A stretch of 64,000 nt of DNA from Sphagnum compactum (GCA_965153455.1 OZ234493.1:10096213-10160212), one strand, 5' to 3'; counted from the first letter of the stretch, positions 38,190 to 48,871 are shown. Numbers and translations: made by a program. The notes: generated from the letters alone by a model not told the origin.

Positions 38190-40130
38190 ATGTCATGTGA
38201 GGCAAATCAACAGTTGTTTGCAGACGAGGAGATGATGGACATGCCTGTGAGTGGCCAAGGGAAAAACCGGCGATTGGAGAAGAAGAAGAAGCTCTTAGTG
38301 CTTCAAGGAAAAGGATGCAAAAATGACTACTTTGATGTTTATGGTCCAGAAGCAAGAGTGGAGGTATGCCTTCAACCACCAAAACCTAATTCCAGGCTGA
38401 GCTTCCAAGATCTTCAGAATCTAGTGCAATGGATTTTAGCAGATGGTTGCAATCCGAAGTGGATTTTCGTCAAAAACAAGCCTCTTGTTACAAAGGTGGT
38501 CATGCTTCATATACCAGGCTTGGATGCTGCTCTTTACATGGCACATCAAGGTTCTTTCAGAAGCTTGGGTGAGTGTTGTGGAGTTCCTCGTGCTGTTGCT
38601 GCTGCAGTCGGTCCTCTGGCTACTACAGCTCAGACCCTAGAGGCTATCTTCAGCTGCCGAAAGACCCCACCGGGAAAGACCCAAACAGGAACATCTCAGA
38701 ATGTGGACCATTGTTGGAAACCCCAAAGCCATTGTAGTTGGCATCTTCATTCCAAACAACAGGACTTGGCTGATGCAGAGCTTCTTGAAGACCGGAACTC
38801 CTCAGATTTGGACACAGAGGAACAGAGAGTGAAAAGGAGGAAGGGGAGTAATGGGGATTCGTTGTGGAATGATTCAAAGTCTGGAGCATTTCCAGCTTCA
38901 TATTACACTCTGACAGAAAGGCAGATGCATGAAAATGGGTACCCAAAACCTGAGATTGCAGAAATTAGTTCCACAAAGCAGAATACATTGGGATTTGTTA
39001 GGACACGGTCAGCAGCAGTAACCTCAAAGCCATGGGAAATGGTGGCTATAGATTGTGAGATGTGCTGTACTTCTGAGGGCTTAGAGCTCACTCGAGTGTC
39101 AATGGTGGATCCTCTTGGCAATGTGATTCTGGACAAGCTTGTGAAACCGAAGAATGCAATCACAAATTACAACACTCAATTCAGTGGGATTACAGCAGAC
39201 ATGTTACAGGATGTCACAACAACATTGGAAGATGTGCAGGAAGAAATTTTGATGGTAGTATCAGCAGAGGTGATACTTGTTGGACACTCAGTAGAAAATG
39301 ATTTGCTCGCACTCAAGATCTATCATCCTTTAGTGATTGATACAGCTTTGTTGTATCAGCATCCTGAAAGGGGGTCTTCCTACAAGCCTGCCCTTCGTGC
39401 TCTGACATCTAGATTCTTGAGACGAAGAATCCAGGAGAAAAAGAATGGTCATGACAGCATTGAAGATGCTCGTGCAGCAATGGATTTGACCCTCCTGAAG
39501 ATTAAAAATGGTCCTGCATTTGGGAGGAGAATGAAGCCTTACTGTGAAAATTTGATACAAGTGCTGAGTAATCATGAGCGGTCCTGTACACTGATAGGAA
39601 ATAGAACAATGCTTCATCATTATGCTGTGGGCTCATGTAATGCAGTGATAGCAAACTCTGACAATGATGTCCTTGCCAGAGCTGAAAAGGAGGTGAGAAA
39701 AGCTTCAGTCGACTTTCTGTGGTTGCAGTTCTCTGAGCTGCAGTCTTATTATGAAGGTGAAGCTCAAAACCTGGAAGCTATGGCTCTCCATGTTGCTGAA
39801 ATGGCAGCCTTACTGACATGCAACAAAGGAGCCAAGACTTCAACCAAAATCAAACCTTGTCTTTCACAAGATCTCCAAACTGTGTTGACACAGTTGGATG
39901 ACCGCATAAGGAGGCTGCATGAAGCCCTGCCATTGAACAGCTTGATGATTACTTTCTCAGGTCATGGTGACACTCCAGGTGTAAGATGGCTTCAGGAACT
40001 GAAGTGGAAAAGCTTGCAGCTCCCAAAGCAGGCCAGTAATGAACGATGGACCCCACATAATGAGGCTGTCTTGGAAGAGTATGCAGCTCAAGCAGAGACA
40101 ACCCTTGCTTTTGTGTGTACAAAGACCTAA
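38190..40130 (+). CDS. SDN5: Small RNA degrading nuclease 5-like / REX1 (REXO1/REXO5)-family DEDDh 3'-5' exoribonuclease, 646 aa, intronless
   Basis: ExoI VAIDCEMC, LELTRVS, TNYNTQFSGIT, ExoII LVGHSVENDL, VIDTALLY, ExoIII GHDSIEDARAAM. The N-terminal YFDVYGPEAR...PKWIFVKNKPLVTKVVML.IPGLD block is typical of plant SDN5. One uninterrupted ORF with its catalytic residues intact. Confidence 0.92.
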   Translation: MSCEANQQLFADEEMMDMPVSGQGKNRRLEKKKKLLVLQGKGCKNDYFDVYGPEARVEVCLQPPKPNSRLSFQDLQNLVQWILADGCNPKWIFVKNKPLVTKVVMLHIPGLDAALYMAHQGSFRSLGECCGVPRAVAAAVGPLATTAQTLEAIFSCRKTPPGKTQTGTSQNVDHCWKPQSHCSWHLHSKQQDLADAELLEDRNSSDLDTEEQRVKRRKGSNGDSLWNDSKSGAFPASYYTLTERQMHENGYPKPEIAEISSTKQNTLGFVRTRSAAVTSKPWEMVAIDCEMCCTSEGLELTRVSMVDPLGNVILDKLVKPKNAITNYNTQFSGITADMLQDVTTTLEDVQEEILMVVSAEVILVGHSVENDLLALKIYHPLVIDTALLYQHPERGSSYKPALRALTSRFLRRRIQEKKNGHDSIEDARAAMDLTLLKIKNGPAFGRRMKPYCENLIQVLSNHERSCTLIGNRTMLHHYAVGSCNAVIANSDNDVLARAEKEVRKASVDFLWLQFSELQSYYEGEAQNLEAMALHVAEMAALLTCNKGAKTSTKIKPCLSQDLQTVLTQLDDRIRRLHEALPLNSLMITFSGHGDTPGVRWLQELKWKSLQLPKQASNERWTPHNEAVLEEYAAQAETTLAFVCTKT

Positions 40131-42027
40131 CCTTGTCTGAAAGCTGTGGATGGTTGACTTGGATGCTTCCCCCAGATGCCTCCTTTTAGAAAAATCTGGG
40201 ATGTAGCAACATGTTTAATGGAGATTCTTGTGGGGGTGAGTTTGCTCAGACGCAGATCCATTCACGGATGCCTGCATTCTCAAATTCCAAATTTGCAAAC
40301 CCAAAGTTGGTGTGCATGCAGTATGGTGTGACCTCCATGCTGCTGATCACTGCCCACACTCCTGCAGTCATGTGGGTTCAGGCAATCATTCTATGGGATC
40401 ATCAAACTGGTCGCTTACAATTTTCAAAAGCTGCTCCACAACCATCACTCACACAGGTATAGAGGCATGGTGCCATTTTGCTGCACACAAATTTTGGATG
40501 TATGTACTCAAGGTAGGTTGCCAAGGATATCAGCAAGAAAGTACATCTCTTGGGGGTTCCCTTTCTGCCTGAAAGGGTGTGAGACAAAGGTCACTTTATC
40601 AGATCTCATGTCACTGCAGCTAGGTAACTTAGCCCAAGCCTACTGACTTCACAGGATCTCCTGGTTGGGTTGAACAAATGTTTGATTCTGGAAATTGTAC
40701 TTTGGCATTACTATGATTGATTGGAGTATCCATGTCTTGAGACTTCATTCTTATATTGAAAGTCTGACTTCATTGGTATTACAATTTAGTCCTGTGTGAT
40801 ACCTAGTTGCTCTCTCTCCTTTTGTCAATGCTGTAGAGTAGTGTCATAGATAGCAAGGATTCCTTTGGAAGGGCAACTATCTACCCAGCACAGGAACACA
40901 GTAGAAAGCTGTGCGTGGGCAAGGGAGTGATGTGGGGGTTGATGGGTGTGTCAGGTGCAATATTACTGATGCAGATGCATGAGGAGATTGTGAAGAAGCA
41001 GCTGGAGGCTGGTGGAGACGCAGACCTTAAACAACACTTACATCTTGCTTGGCGTCCAAGCAACAAATGATGCTTGACTCTTTATGGAAGCTTAACATTG
41101 CATATATTGAGCTTACTCTTTCCCAAGTTTGCCAATTGGTAGAGTAATTTGGCTTTGATGTTGCAGTTCATATGATGTCTGTTCCTATACCAACCTGTGG
41201 CCTGTAGGGGTGCCTGCTATGCAGATGTCTACTCTGCTCAATTTGTTCAAGTCACTTCTATTAATTAGCAACTATTTGTGCTGGTGGATAGGCTACGCTG
41301 GTATTTTGTGCAACCTTGTGCTGCTGCATTGCTGTTTTTTTTGTTGGTCTGTACAGTTGTATATGTCCAAAGCCTACTAAAAAACCTATCAGCTCCAAGA
41401 GGAGTTCAGGAGTTCAAATCAACATTGGTTTCTTTAGAGACTCCTGTAGCAAATTGTCTGAGGTTGGGGATATGTAGATCATCTCCCTGTGTGGCAGTGT
41501 GGGAAAGAGGAGGACTACATTTCTATAGACAGCTCCAGTATCTTTGTCTCTTCAGCAGGCAAAGATAGACTTCAGGGTTTGGTTCATGGTCCTACTTTGT
41601 ACATTATTGAAATTTAACTGTCCTCTAGTTCTTGAGCTCCAAGAGCCCTCATGGAAAAATGTCACTACAGCCAATGTCAGAAAACACACCAACTTAGGAA
41701 TTTTTGCTGATTCATCAGCTGATTAGACTGATAATGCCTTTGAAATTAGGTTTGTGGTGGTCAAAAGCAGGAAAGATTCTGCTAAGATGTGTTGCAAGGT
41801 GTGCATATGTTGGTACTTCACTATTTTCTCAGTGCAACTGTGTGGAGCAGCTAAAAGTTTGACCTTTTAGCAGCAGCAGCACACTTTTGCTAGTTTTCTT
41901 CAAAGGTTCACACTCAACCCTAAATCAGTCTCAGGATGTACTGCTTTATAAATTCACCACAGATTAACTTCACTCAAAATTCAGTTTGTCCTGTTGAAGG
42001 TACACTAACTCAATGGAGTTTACTTAT

Positions 42028-42091
42028 CAGTAAACTGGTTTATCAGATGATGAGTACTGCAGTAAACTGGTTTATCAGATGATGAGTACTG
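42028..42091. repeat. Perfect 32-bp tandem duplication (CAGTAAACTGGTTTATCAGATGATGAGTACTG x2)
   Basis: Copies at 42028-42059 and 42060-42091. Confidence 0.95.
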
Positions 42092-43137
42092 ACCACATGC
42101 TAGTTCTTAATCACTGGACCCTCTGAGCCCAGTTTACCATGGGTGTCAGGATAGTGGCTTATGTGTTGAGCATTTTGCTTCACATGGAACTTCCAGACAT
42201 CTTCCCTCAGTTGCAAAGGTGATAGGTACAACACTCCAGTGCCTCATGGGTAGCCAAGTGTGGGGTACAAGCCAGATTTTCCTGCTCAGAAATTCCTGTT
42301 TCCTAGCTGTTAGCAGTGTGCAAAATCAGTACTCACTGTTCTACTAGTGAAGACATAGCCCTCTAGTTGCTGCTGGCCCAGTACTCAAGGAGATAGGCTT
42401 GCAGTACTGATGAGGAGGATAAAGCATTAGTCCTTGCCCATGTGTTTCAGCTGATGAGAAAGTCTCACAAATCTCTCTGTTCATCTCCTTCTCAACCCTC
42501 TTCCTGCACAGAAGTAGTGCAGAGTATCAAAGAAAGTTCTTTGAGGAGAGTTCCCCTGTGTATACCTTCACTTGTCTAGAAGACAGTAGTACTAAGCTCT
42601 TGACATGCAGAATTTAACACTCTGCATACAGGTTGCTGGACATGCTGCTGTAAGTTGCCAGATCACTTGTAACATGTTTTCCTTGATAGTCAGTTTTAGT
42701 GATGTTTGTTTGTTTATGATGAGATCAGCAGAAACTAGCAGTACAGCAGGACATCATGTCATAAGATCAAGAGCTCTTGGTACTAAACACCACTGGAGAT
42801 GGGTCTTCACTCACTTTCTCTCTCTCTTGAGTTCTCATTTACTCAACTCTCTTTTGAGCAAGAATTTGTTTTCTCTCTCACTCTCTTCATCTCTCATACA
42901 TGATGTTTGTGAATCTCTCTCTCTTAAACACACTGTGACAGTGGAAAAGCAATCTGAGATTCCTTTTTACTCAATATGTCCAATAGAATGTACAATGTTG
43001 AGTGGAGATTTGGCAGCTGCAGAAGATCTGCAAGTTTACAATGTTGGTAAAGTTTAAAGTTGACTTGCAGGATTGCAGCAAGCATGCAGGATCAGGCAAG
43101 TCTCATTTACAGGCAGCGCACTGAAGATCTGGTGTGT

Positions 43138-43320
43138 GAGCCATGTCCCCACTTGATCTCTAGTTGCAATACTTTAAGCTATGTCAATTGATCTCGAGTT
43201 GCCATACCTTGAGCTATGTCACCTGATCTTGAGTTGCAATTCCTTGAGCCATTTCACTTGATCTCAAGTTGCAATTTACTTCAAGGTATGTTGCCTCATC
43301 TCTTGAGCTAGCAATACTTG
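43138..43320. repeat. Minisatellite of about 35 bp, 5 copies (GAGCTATGTCACTTGATCTCGAGTTGCAATACCTT-like)
   Basis: Five consecutive diverged units read by eye. Confidence 0.85.
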
Positions 43321-44064
43321 ATCGCTGAGAGAAAGAAAGGGGGTGCTGCAGCTAGTGCAACAGCAATGTGTTGACAACGTGAACTCAAAAGCTGCATCCA
43401 GAAAGCTAAAATTGTAAATCTGATCTTTTTTTCAGCTGCTTGTCTCAGATAAATTTCTTCTGCTTAGTGATAGTTTTACTTAAGTTTTACTTACACAACA
43501 AAACAAAGTGCCATTGAAGCATCAGCTGCTGATGCAAAAATCTATGCTGCTTGAGTATGGGAGCTTGGTGGCCACTGATTTTCTGGGCAGAGTGGGATGG
43601 CCAACTAATTGCTGCACCACTGCATAGCCATGTTACCTTTCTCTGAGAAATTTGTCCACATCAGATTGCTCTCAAAGAACCCAGATTGTTCAAGAATGGT
43701 GGTGCAGATTGTTCAGGTCTGGTGCAGCAGCGTCTCCATAGCACCTCATTCACAGAAATGTTGATTGATGCAGATTGGGGTTTCTGAGATGTGGGCAAAT
43801 TTTTCCCTGCAGGTTGAGGGACATCACGTTGCCAAATGAGCTTCAACAAAAAGCAGTAGCAGAACCATCCAACCAACTTGGATCTGTCACTAGTGTTTGC
43901 AATTGTACATGAACAATTGTGAGAAATTGATCCTGGAATGTTTCAATGCTGCAGAGATTTGCTGTAGATTTTGTACCTCTGCCGTATGAAAGCAGTGTTT
44001 GTTGACATGCATGTGTTGTGGATGCTGCATTGTTGAGTCGTGATTATCCTGAGGATGATGATTC

Positions 44065-45513
44065 TCAGGGCACAGCATCAAATCGTGGCTCGAACATAGA
44101 CCCCTCCACAAGCTCTGCTGCATCCCAAGCCGGACGAGGCAACGAGCACCAGACTTTCTTGGATATATCGTAAGTCATCATAAGCTGCTGCTGCCGCCGG
44201 GAGGAGGAGTCTGCAAAAATGGAAGAACTCTGCATTGCGGAAGCCATACCTACAAGAAGAAAGACATTGTTGCACACGAAGAGAGAGAGTCTGAGATAGG
44301 GACGAAACTCTGCATGGCCGCAGCACACGTTCTTCCAAGCAGCAAGCTGCCCCGGCGATTCCAGCTCCCATATCCCGTTGAAGTCCGGCCTCTCACGATA
44401 GATGAAAACTCGGCCTTGGCTTTCTTGTACGACGCAAGAAGTGTAGCGACGCCAAGGCTTGACATCACTGGGCACCGCGACGTCATTCAGACGCTTCATC
44501 TTGGCGTCGAACGTTGCCAAGCCGAGGTACTTCACATCCCTGCTGCACTCTGGACTACTCGCGCAGGGATAGGAGCTGCTGCTGGTCCCCTGAAATTGAT
44601 CATCGAAGTGTCTCCAGATTCCTACGGGCGCAGGACTTGCAAGCACATGTGCATCGCTCGTATTCCATCTATCCGTCCCCGAATTGTACACCTCCATGAC
44701 CACAGACTGTGCGGAGTCCTCGCCCTTCCCGACGACGAAGATCGTGTAAGTCTCCATTCTAGTCTCTTCGCAGTCCATCACCATCTTCACCAGGTGCGGG
44801 AACGAGCGGATGTGACGCAAGGGTGGAAGCTCCCGACATGTGTTTGTGAGCGGGTTGCACACAATTGCTCCGTAGCTCCATCTTGTATAGCGAATGAAGA
44901 AACACAGCAAACCTCCGGCTGTTGCAAACGGTCCGACTCCGCTTGGAGGGAGACAAGAAAGCTCTGTCGAGTACCATGCCTTCTCTGGAGCATCGTATAT
45001 GGAGACTTTGTAGCCAGCTTTCTCCATGTTTTCCCGAACAAGCCCAAACCGGGGAGCAGCGGATGCAGAACTTGCAAACGTTTTCTGGAAGTTCCGTAAG
45101 AAGATAGACGAGAAAAGAAGCTCCGAGTTTTTGCAGCTTTTCCAAAGGGGAGTCAAGCGGAGAAGCGACTTGAGAGGGAGGTGCTCAAACACAACCATCA
45201 ACAAGCTCTCTGGTAGATTCTGCCACAATTCAGGATCCATAATTACGCCTCCTTCGCTCAGATTTTCTTCACTGTAGGCGGCCGATTCTTTGTATTCCGG
45301 AGCTGTGAATAAAGTCTTCATGGATTCTTCTGAAGACCGTTTCACGACGAGTTTCTCCGTCTCCGCTTCTACAAACTCCGGGCTATTTTCGTGACTCGGC
45401 GGTGACACACGACTCATGAGTTCCAGGCTTTTGTCGCATTCGTCAAGATGAGGTGAAGCTGCCTGAAATCTCAGCAGACTGACGTTTTCTATCACTTCCA
45501 CGAGTCCACTCAT
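44065..45513 (-). CDS. F-box/kelch-like repeat protein, 482 aa, intronless CDS
   Basis: F-box MDPELWQNLPESLLMVVFEHLPLKSLLRL..LWKS, followed by ATAGGLLCF, IVCNPLTNTCRELPPL, EVYNSGTDRW, YDISKKVWCSLP and a C-terminal FEPRFDAVP, as in plant F-box/kelch-like proteins. A probable 5' UTR exon lies at 46004-45803 (CTACAG| acceptor, |GTAAGT donor). Confidence 0.9.
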   Translation of the reverse strand: MSGLVEVIENVSLLRFQAASPHLDECDKSLELMSRVSPPSHENSPEFVEAETEKLVVKRSSEESMKTLFTAPEYKESAAYSEENLSEGGVIMDPELWQNLPESLLMVVFEHLPLKSLLRLTPLWKSCKNSELLFSSIFLRNFQKTFASSASAAPRFGLVRENMEKAGYKVSIYDAPEKAWYSTELSCLPPSGVGPFATAGGLLCFFIRYTRWSYGAIVCNPLTNTCRELPPLRHIRSFPHLVKMVMDCEETRMETYTIFVVGKGEDSAQSVVMEVYNSGTDRWNTSDAHVLASPAPVGIWRHFDDQFQGTSSSSYPCASSPECSRDVKYLGLATFDAKMKRLNDVAVPSDVKPWRRYTSCVVQESQGRVFIYRERPDFNGIWELESPGQLAAWKNVCCGHAEFRPYLRLSLFVCNNVFLLVGMASAMQSSSIFADSSSRRQQQLMMTYDISKKVWCSLPRPAWDAAELVEGSMFEPRFDAVP

Positions 45514-46150
45514 GTAGCTCGAAAGCTCGACGTCGATTCTTCAGAACACACTTCTCAAGTCCAGGCTTCAGGTCATTCTCTTCTCCCTGACAAGTCCTGA
45601 ATCACGACTACGCTTCGCCTGTCAGTTCCTCCTTTTTCTGCAACTCTAGGAAAGGGTCACGAGCGACATTCTTTGACACACAAAGGAAAAAGAAGGCAAA
45701 ACTCAATGTGTGCAAGCATAATATGAAAAACTGAGAAGCAAAACTCTACAAAGATCAAAAGAGAATTTGGCAAAGATCAAACAAGAAATTTTTCGCACTT
45801 ACAAGTTTTATAGAATCCCCATTTAAGAGTGTAGCTAAGTTACAAGAGGGAGATTTACAAAAGCCAAAAAGACTATGGAAATTGAAATTGAGTTAAGACT
45901 TAGTGGAACTTAGTTCAGTGGCAGTTCACAGGCGAGAGCACGGCCAACACCGTCTGCTTCTATTCTGGTCTTGAAGATTCTCCTATAGACGCTGCTGTTG
46001 CTACCTGTAGAGAAATAGAAATTATCTAAAATATGAGATTCCAAGATTTGTTTGTGCAAATTTATGTCTCAGTTCAAAACACAACTGAAGTTGAGCTCAT
46101 GTGCACAATTTGCACATCTTCTGGTACTATTCAGGTGGTGTGAAAGTATG

Positions 46151-46530
46151 CCAAGATGTAGCAGCACCCGTCGCCAGCAGTTATGCTACATGTACTGCAA
46201 TTTACAGCAGGTACTGAGACCAATTTCTTTCCAAACTGTAGTGCAGCCAGGGCAAGCATTTGTGCTACATCTCCTGCAATTTACAGCACTGGGTACTGAG
46301 ATTCTTGCTGAAATGTAGCTCATCCAGGGCAAGGATTTGGTGCTACATCTCCTGCAGTTTACAGCACCAGGTACTGAGATCAATTCATTGCTGAAATGTA
46401 GCTCAGCCAGGGCTAGGATTTGTGCTACATGGCCTGCAATTTACAGCACCAGGTCCTGAGACCAAGTCCTTGCCAAAATGTAGCTCGAACTGGGCAAGGA
46501 TTTGTGCTACATTTACTGCAATTTACAGTA
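46151..46530. repeat. Tandem array of about 80-bp units (about 4.7 copies), each with an internal ATGTAGC...GCTACAT inverted repeat
   Basis: Units start at about 46151, 46231, 46308, 46391 and 46473; they share GCTACAT....CTGCAATTTACAGCA...GGTACTGAGA. Confidence 0.9.
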
Positions 46531-46699
46531 ATTTCAATTACTGACAGGTCTCTCCATTTGGCCTTAACTTAGGTCTACAATTGGCAAATTGCTGTTCAAG
46601 CTGGTGCATTTCACATCTGTTCACTTGAATGTATTTCATAGATTTGTTGAGGCTGAATTGAGGAACTTGGGTGAGAGTTTTAGAATCTGGGACATAAGG

Positions 46700-47450
46700 T
46701 TGGTTGTTAACAAAAAGAAAAGAAATAGCATGTTCAAATGGAGCACTTCATGGGCAAACAATCAATTGAACCACTCTAGTGCTCAAGAGTAGCTATACGA
46801 GATCTGATTTCATGTGTATTGGAGGGCAAAATGTGTTGTTTCCCTTTTCTCCCAACCTACCCTGCAAGATGGCTAGTACAAATGGTTGAAGTTTGCATTT
46901 GGATGCATGATTTGGGTCACCATGTGGCCTTGTAGTGCTTAAGAAGGGCCTTGGTTAGTACAATGAGGTTGAAGATATTCAATTGGATAATATGTGTTTT
47001 GGATCAACATGTGACCATGAAGTGTTCAACAACTGTTATAAAGGCTAATGGCAGATCTGATTTCCTATTGCTGAGAGGGCATGTGCATGATGCTTGATGT
47101 TTCCTGTTATCTTAAAATGCAAGATTCCGGCATATCCAGGATGGATCTGCACTTGGGATAAATGTTTTAGGAACTACCATGTGGTCTTGTGGTGGACTGG
47201 AATATTGTCCTGTCATTCTGTCTTGTATATGTTGGACTGGGAAGCATTAAGGGCATTGCTCTAACTCCCTGGGAATTCAATGAAAGTGGCTCAATTTGTT
47301 CCCTTCTTTTTGCAAGTCTGACATGTTGATACTTAGTGACACCATTGGGATTTTGCAAAAGGGTCCATCTAAGGTTGAAATTGTGAAGCTGTCAATTGAA
47401 CTGCAGGTCATCCAAACATGTACATGTAATTCTCTTGTTGTTGATGGAGG
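46700..47450 (-). mobile_element. Possible very old Ty3/Gypsy RT-RNaseH relic
   Basis: Minus-strand fragments in RT order loosely match MCVDYR.LN (CLDDLQFN), YHQVRIA (YQHVRLA), EF..MPFGL.NAP (EFPGS*SNAL) and DDILVY.KT (DNIPVHHKT). Weak. Confidence 0.3.
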
Positions 47451-48349
47451 AGATCAGTATAAGTTTACTGGTTGTTATGGGTTGTCTGCAGGTTGCACTG
47501 TGAGGTTCAATTTGGATATCGGTTTGAAGGTGAACATAATGTAACCAGACTTAAGCATAAGAAGATATTACAAGAACCACTTTGACTTGTTGACTGGCAG
47601 GCAGAAATAAGTGCCCCCAAAAACCAGGAGGGCAGAACTGAAATCGAATGAGATGAAAAGGATGATAACCATAAACCATGAATTTAGCAAAAGCCCATGA
47701 ATTTGTTAGAACAAGCAAAAAGCTGGCCTCATGTCGACACTTGAGAAGGAGGCATTAGAACTAAGTAGACAAATGTGACGATGTGGAACCAAACACCCTC
47801 ACATTGCTGTGGGGTATCTGAATGCTTGTGTAGTGCTTGTAATGGTAATTGAACACAAGTGATGAAATGTCAGCAAGGGAAGCAGGAACTGCAGAAAAAG
47901 TTATTTCAACAAATACAACAGGAAGGTGCGGAGTGTGGACAAGTGTTGTGTGGGTATTAAATCTGCTACAGATACCTGTCAGTTATCAACCTGGGTATAA
48001 ACCCACTTCCCCACACAGGGCCGGGGTGAAAAAAATTTAAAAGACTGGTTTTGGTATGGAACCTTGGTACTCAATTTTTCTGAAAAATTCAAATAACCAC
48101 CTTTCTAACCGTCAGTTTTTCGCTGGTTCTTTCATGAAAACTACGAGTTCTTTGATGTTTAAAGAATCAGAACTGTTTGGTTATTTAAAAGAATCAGAAA
48201 ACTGCACAACACTGGTGTGGACCCTGCCACTTTTGTGGGGCTCCTGAAGCCATGAGTCATGGTGGTGGCACTTGAAGACTCAAGAGGAGAGGCCTGCTTG
48301 TCTGCTACTCTTGAAGAGATCACTCTGAGTGGTTGAGGTGAGTTCACAC

Positions 48350-48871
48350 CAGTGTTGGCTGGTTATTGAGAACATACCTGGTTGTCAACCCAGTTATTGA
48401 TAACCTCCCAGCCAGTTATTGATTTTTTGAAAATCAATAATAACTTACCCGCTTGGTATTGAATTTTCAAAATTTAATTAACTAACTTCCATCTAGGTAG
48501 GTTATCAATCCTAAAAACATTAAACATTGTTATCATAAAAAAGAGAAAAATTAAGATTTTAAAATAAAAATTAAAAAAAAATATATATATATATATAACG
48601 AGTTGTTCTCAACAAGGTATTTGAGAATCGACCTTTATGCATAAGGGATGATTATTACTCACAAATAATAGAGTAAACTGATAATTAAGGGTATTACTTT
48701 GACAATGAAATTGATAATTAGGGAGTCTATTTTTTTAATTTTATCCAAAGCTATTAGTCTGCTAGAAATTGATCCTATCTCATCAATTATATTTAATTTT
48801 CACAGTTGATGGAAAAGTTTTAACCTACTTGGTCTATTATTGCCAAAAAAAAATATAGCTAGCCAACACTG
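48350..48871. mobile_element. hAT-type MITE, 522 bp
   Basis: TIRs CAGTGTTGGCTGG and CTAGCCAACACTG (12/13); flanking 8-mers GTTCACAC and ATTCACAA match 6/8. Confidence 0.8.

Larger units (their letters stand above)
26437..42460 (+). pseudogene. Highly decayed spliced multi-ankyrin-repeat gene, interrupted by TEs and by the nested exonuclease ORF
   Basis: Ankyrin-like fragments, many after YAG acceptors: LEILCEKAN..GRFLHSAADG (26971), WLLFPDIDVK (27671), CNAALHM (28245), ALDVASHVGR..CLSILDSQAEIL*QTTG*NPH (28420), DWPVHERVTSGFQTFVYLF (36273), LLQHATQV and KAMHVAH..HNVL..KGA (36395-36721), NGKT/VMMLAS (37428), YGVT/LHAA (40322), IDSKDSFGRATIYPA..HEEIVKKQLEAGGDADLKQHLHLA (40837-41070), DRYNTPV/SWVAKCG (42221), TDEEDKALVLA (about 42407). 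Abundant stops and frameshifts. Confidence 0.6.

Noticed and set aside
40806-40827. miR156/miR535-like target (TTGCTCTCTCTCCTTTTGTCA)
   Set aside because: Needs a bulge plus a wobble, and coincides with the polypyrimidine tract of the acceptor at 40836.
42400-42475. CTGATGAG motifs resembling a hammerhead ribozyme core
   Set aside because: No stem II closed by GAAA and no stems I/III found.
44314-45099. 261-aa plus-strand ORF and other ORFs overlapping the F-box, RRN3, PLAT and SDN5 genes
   Set aside because: Antisense or alternate-frame shadows of GC-rich coding sequence with no recognisable motifs.
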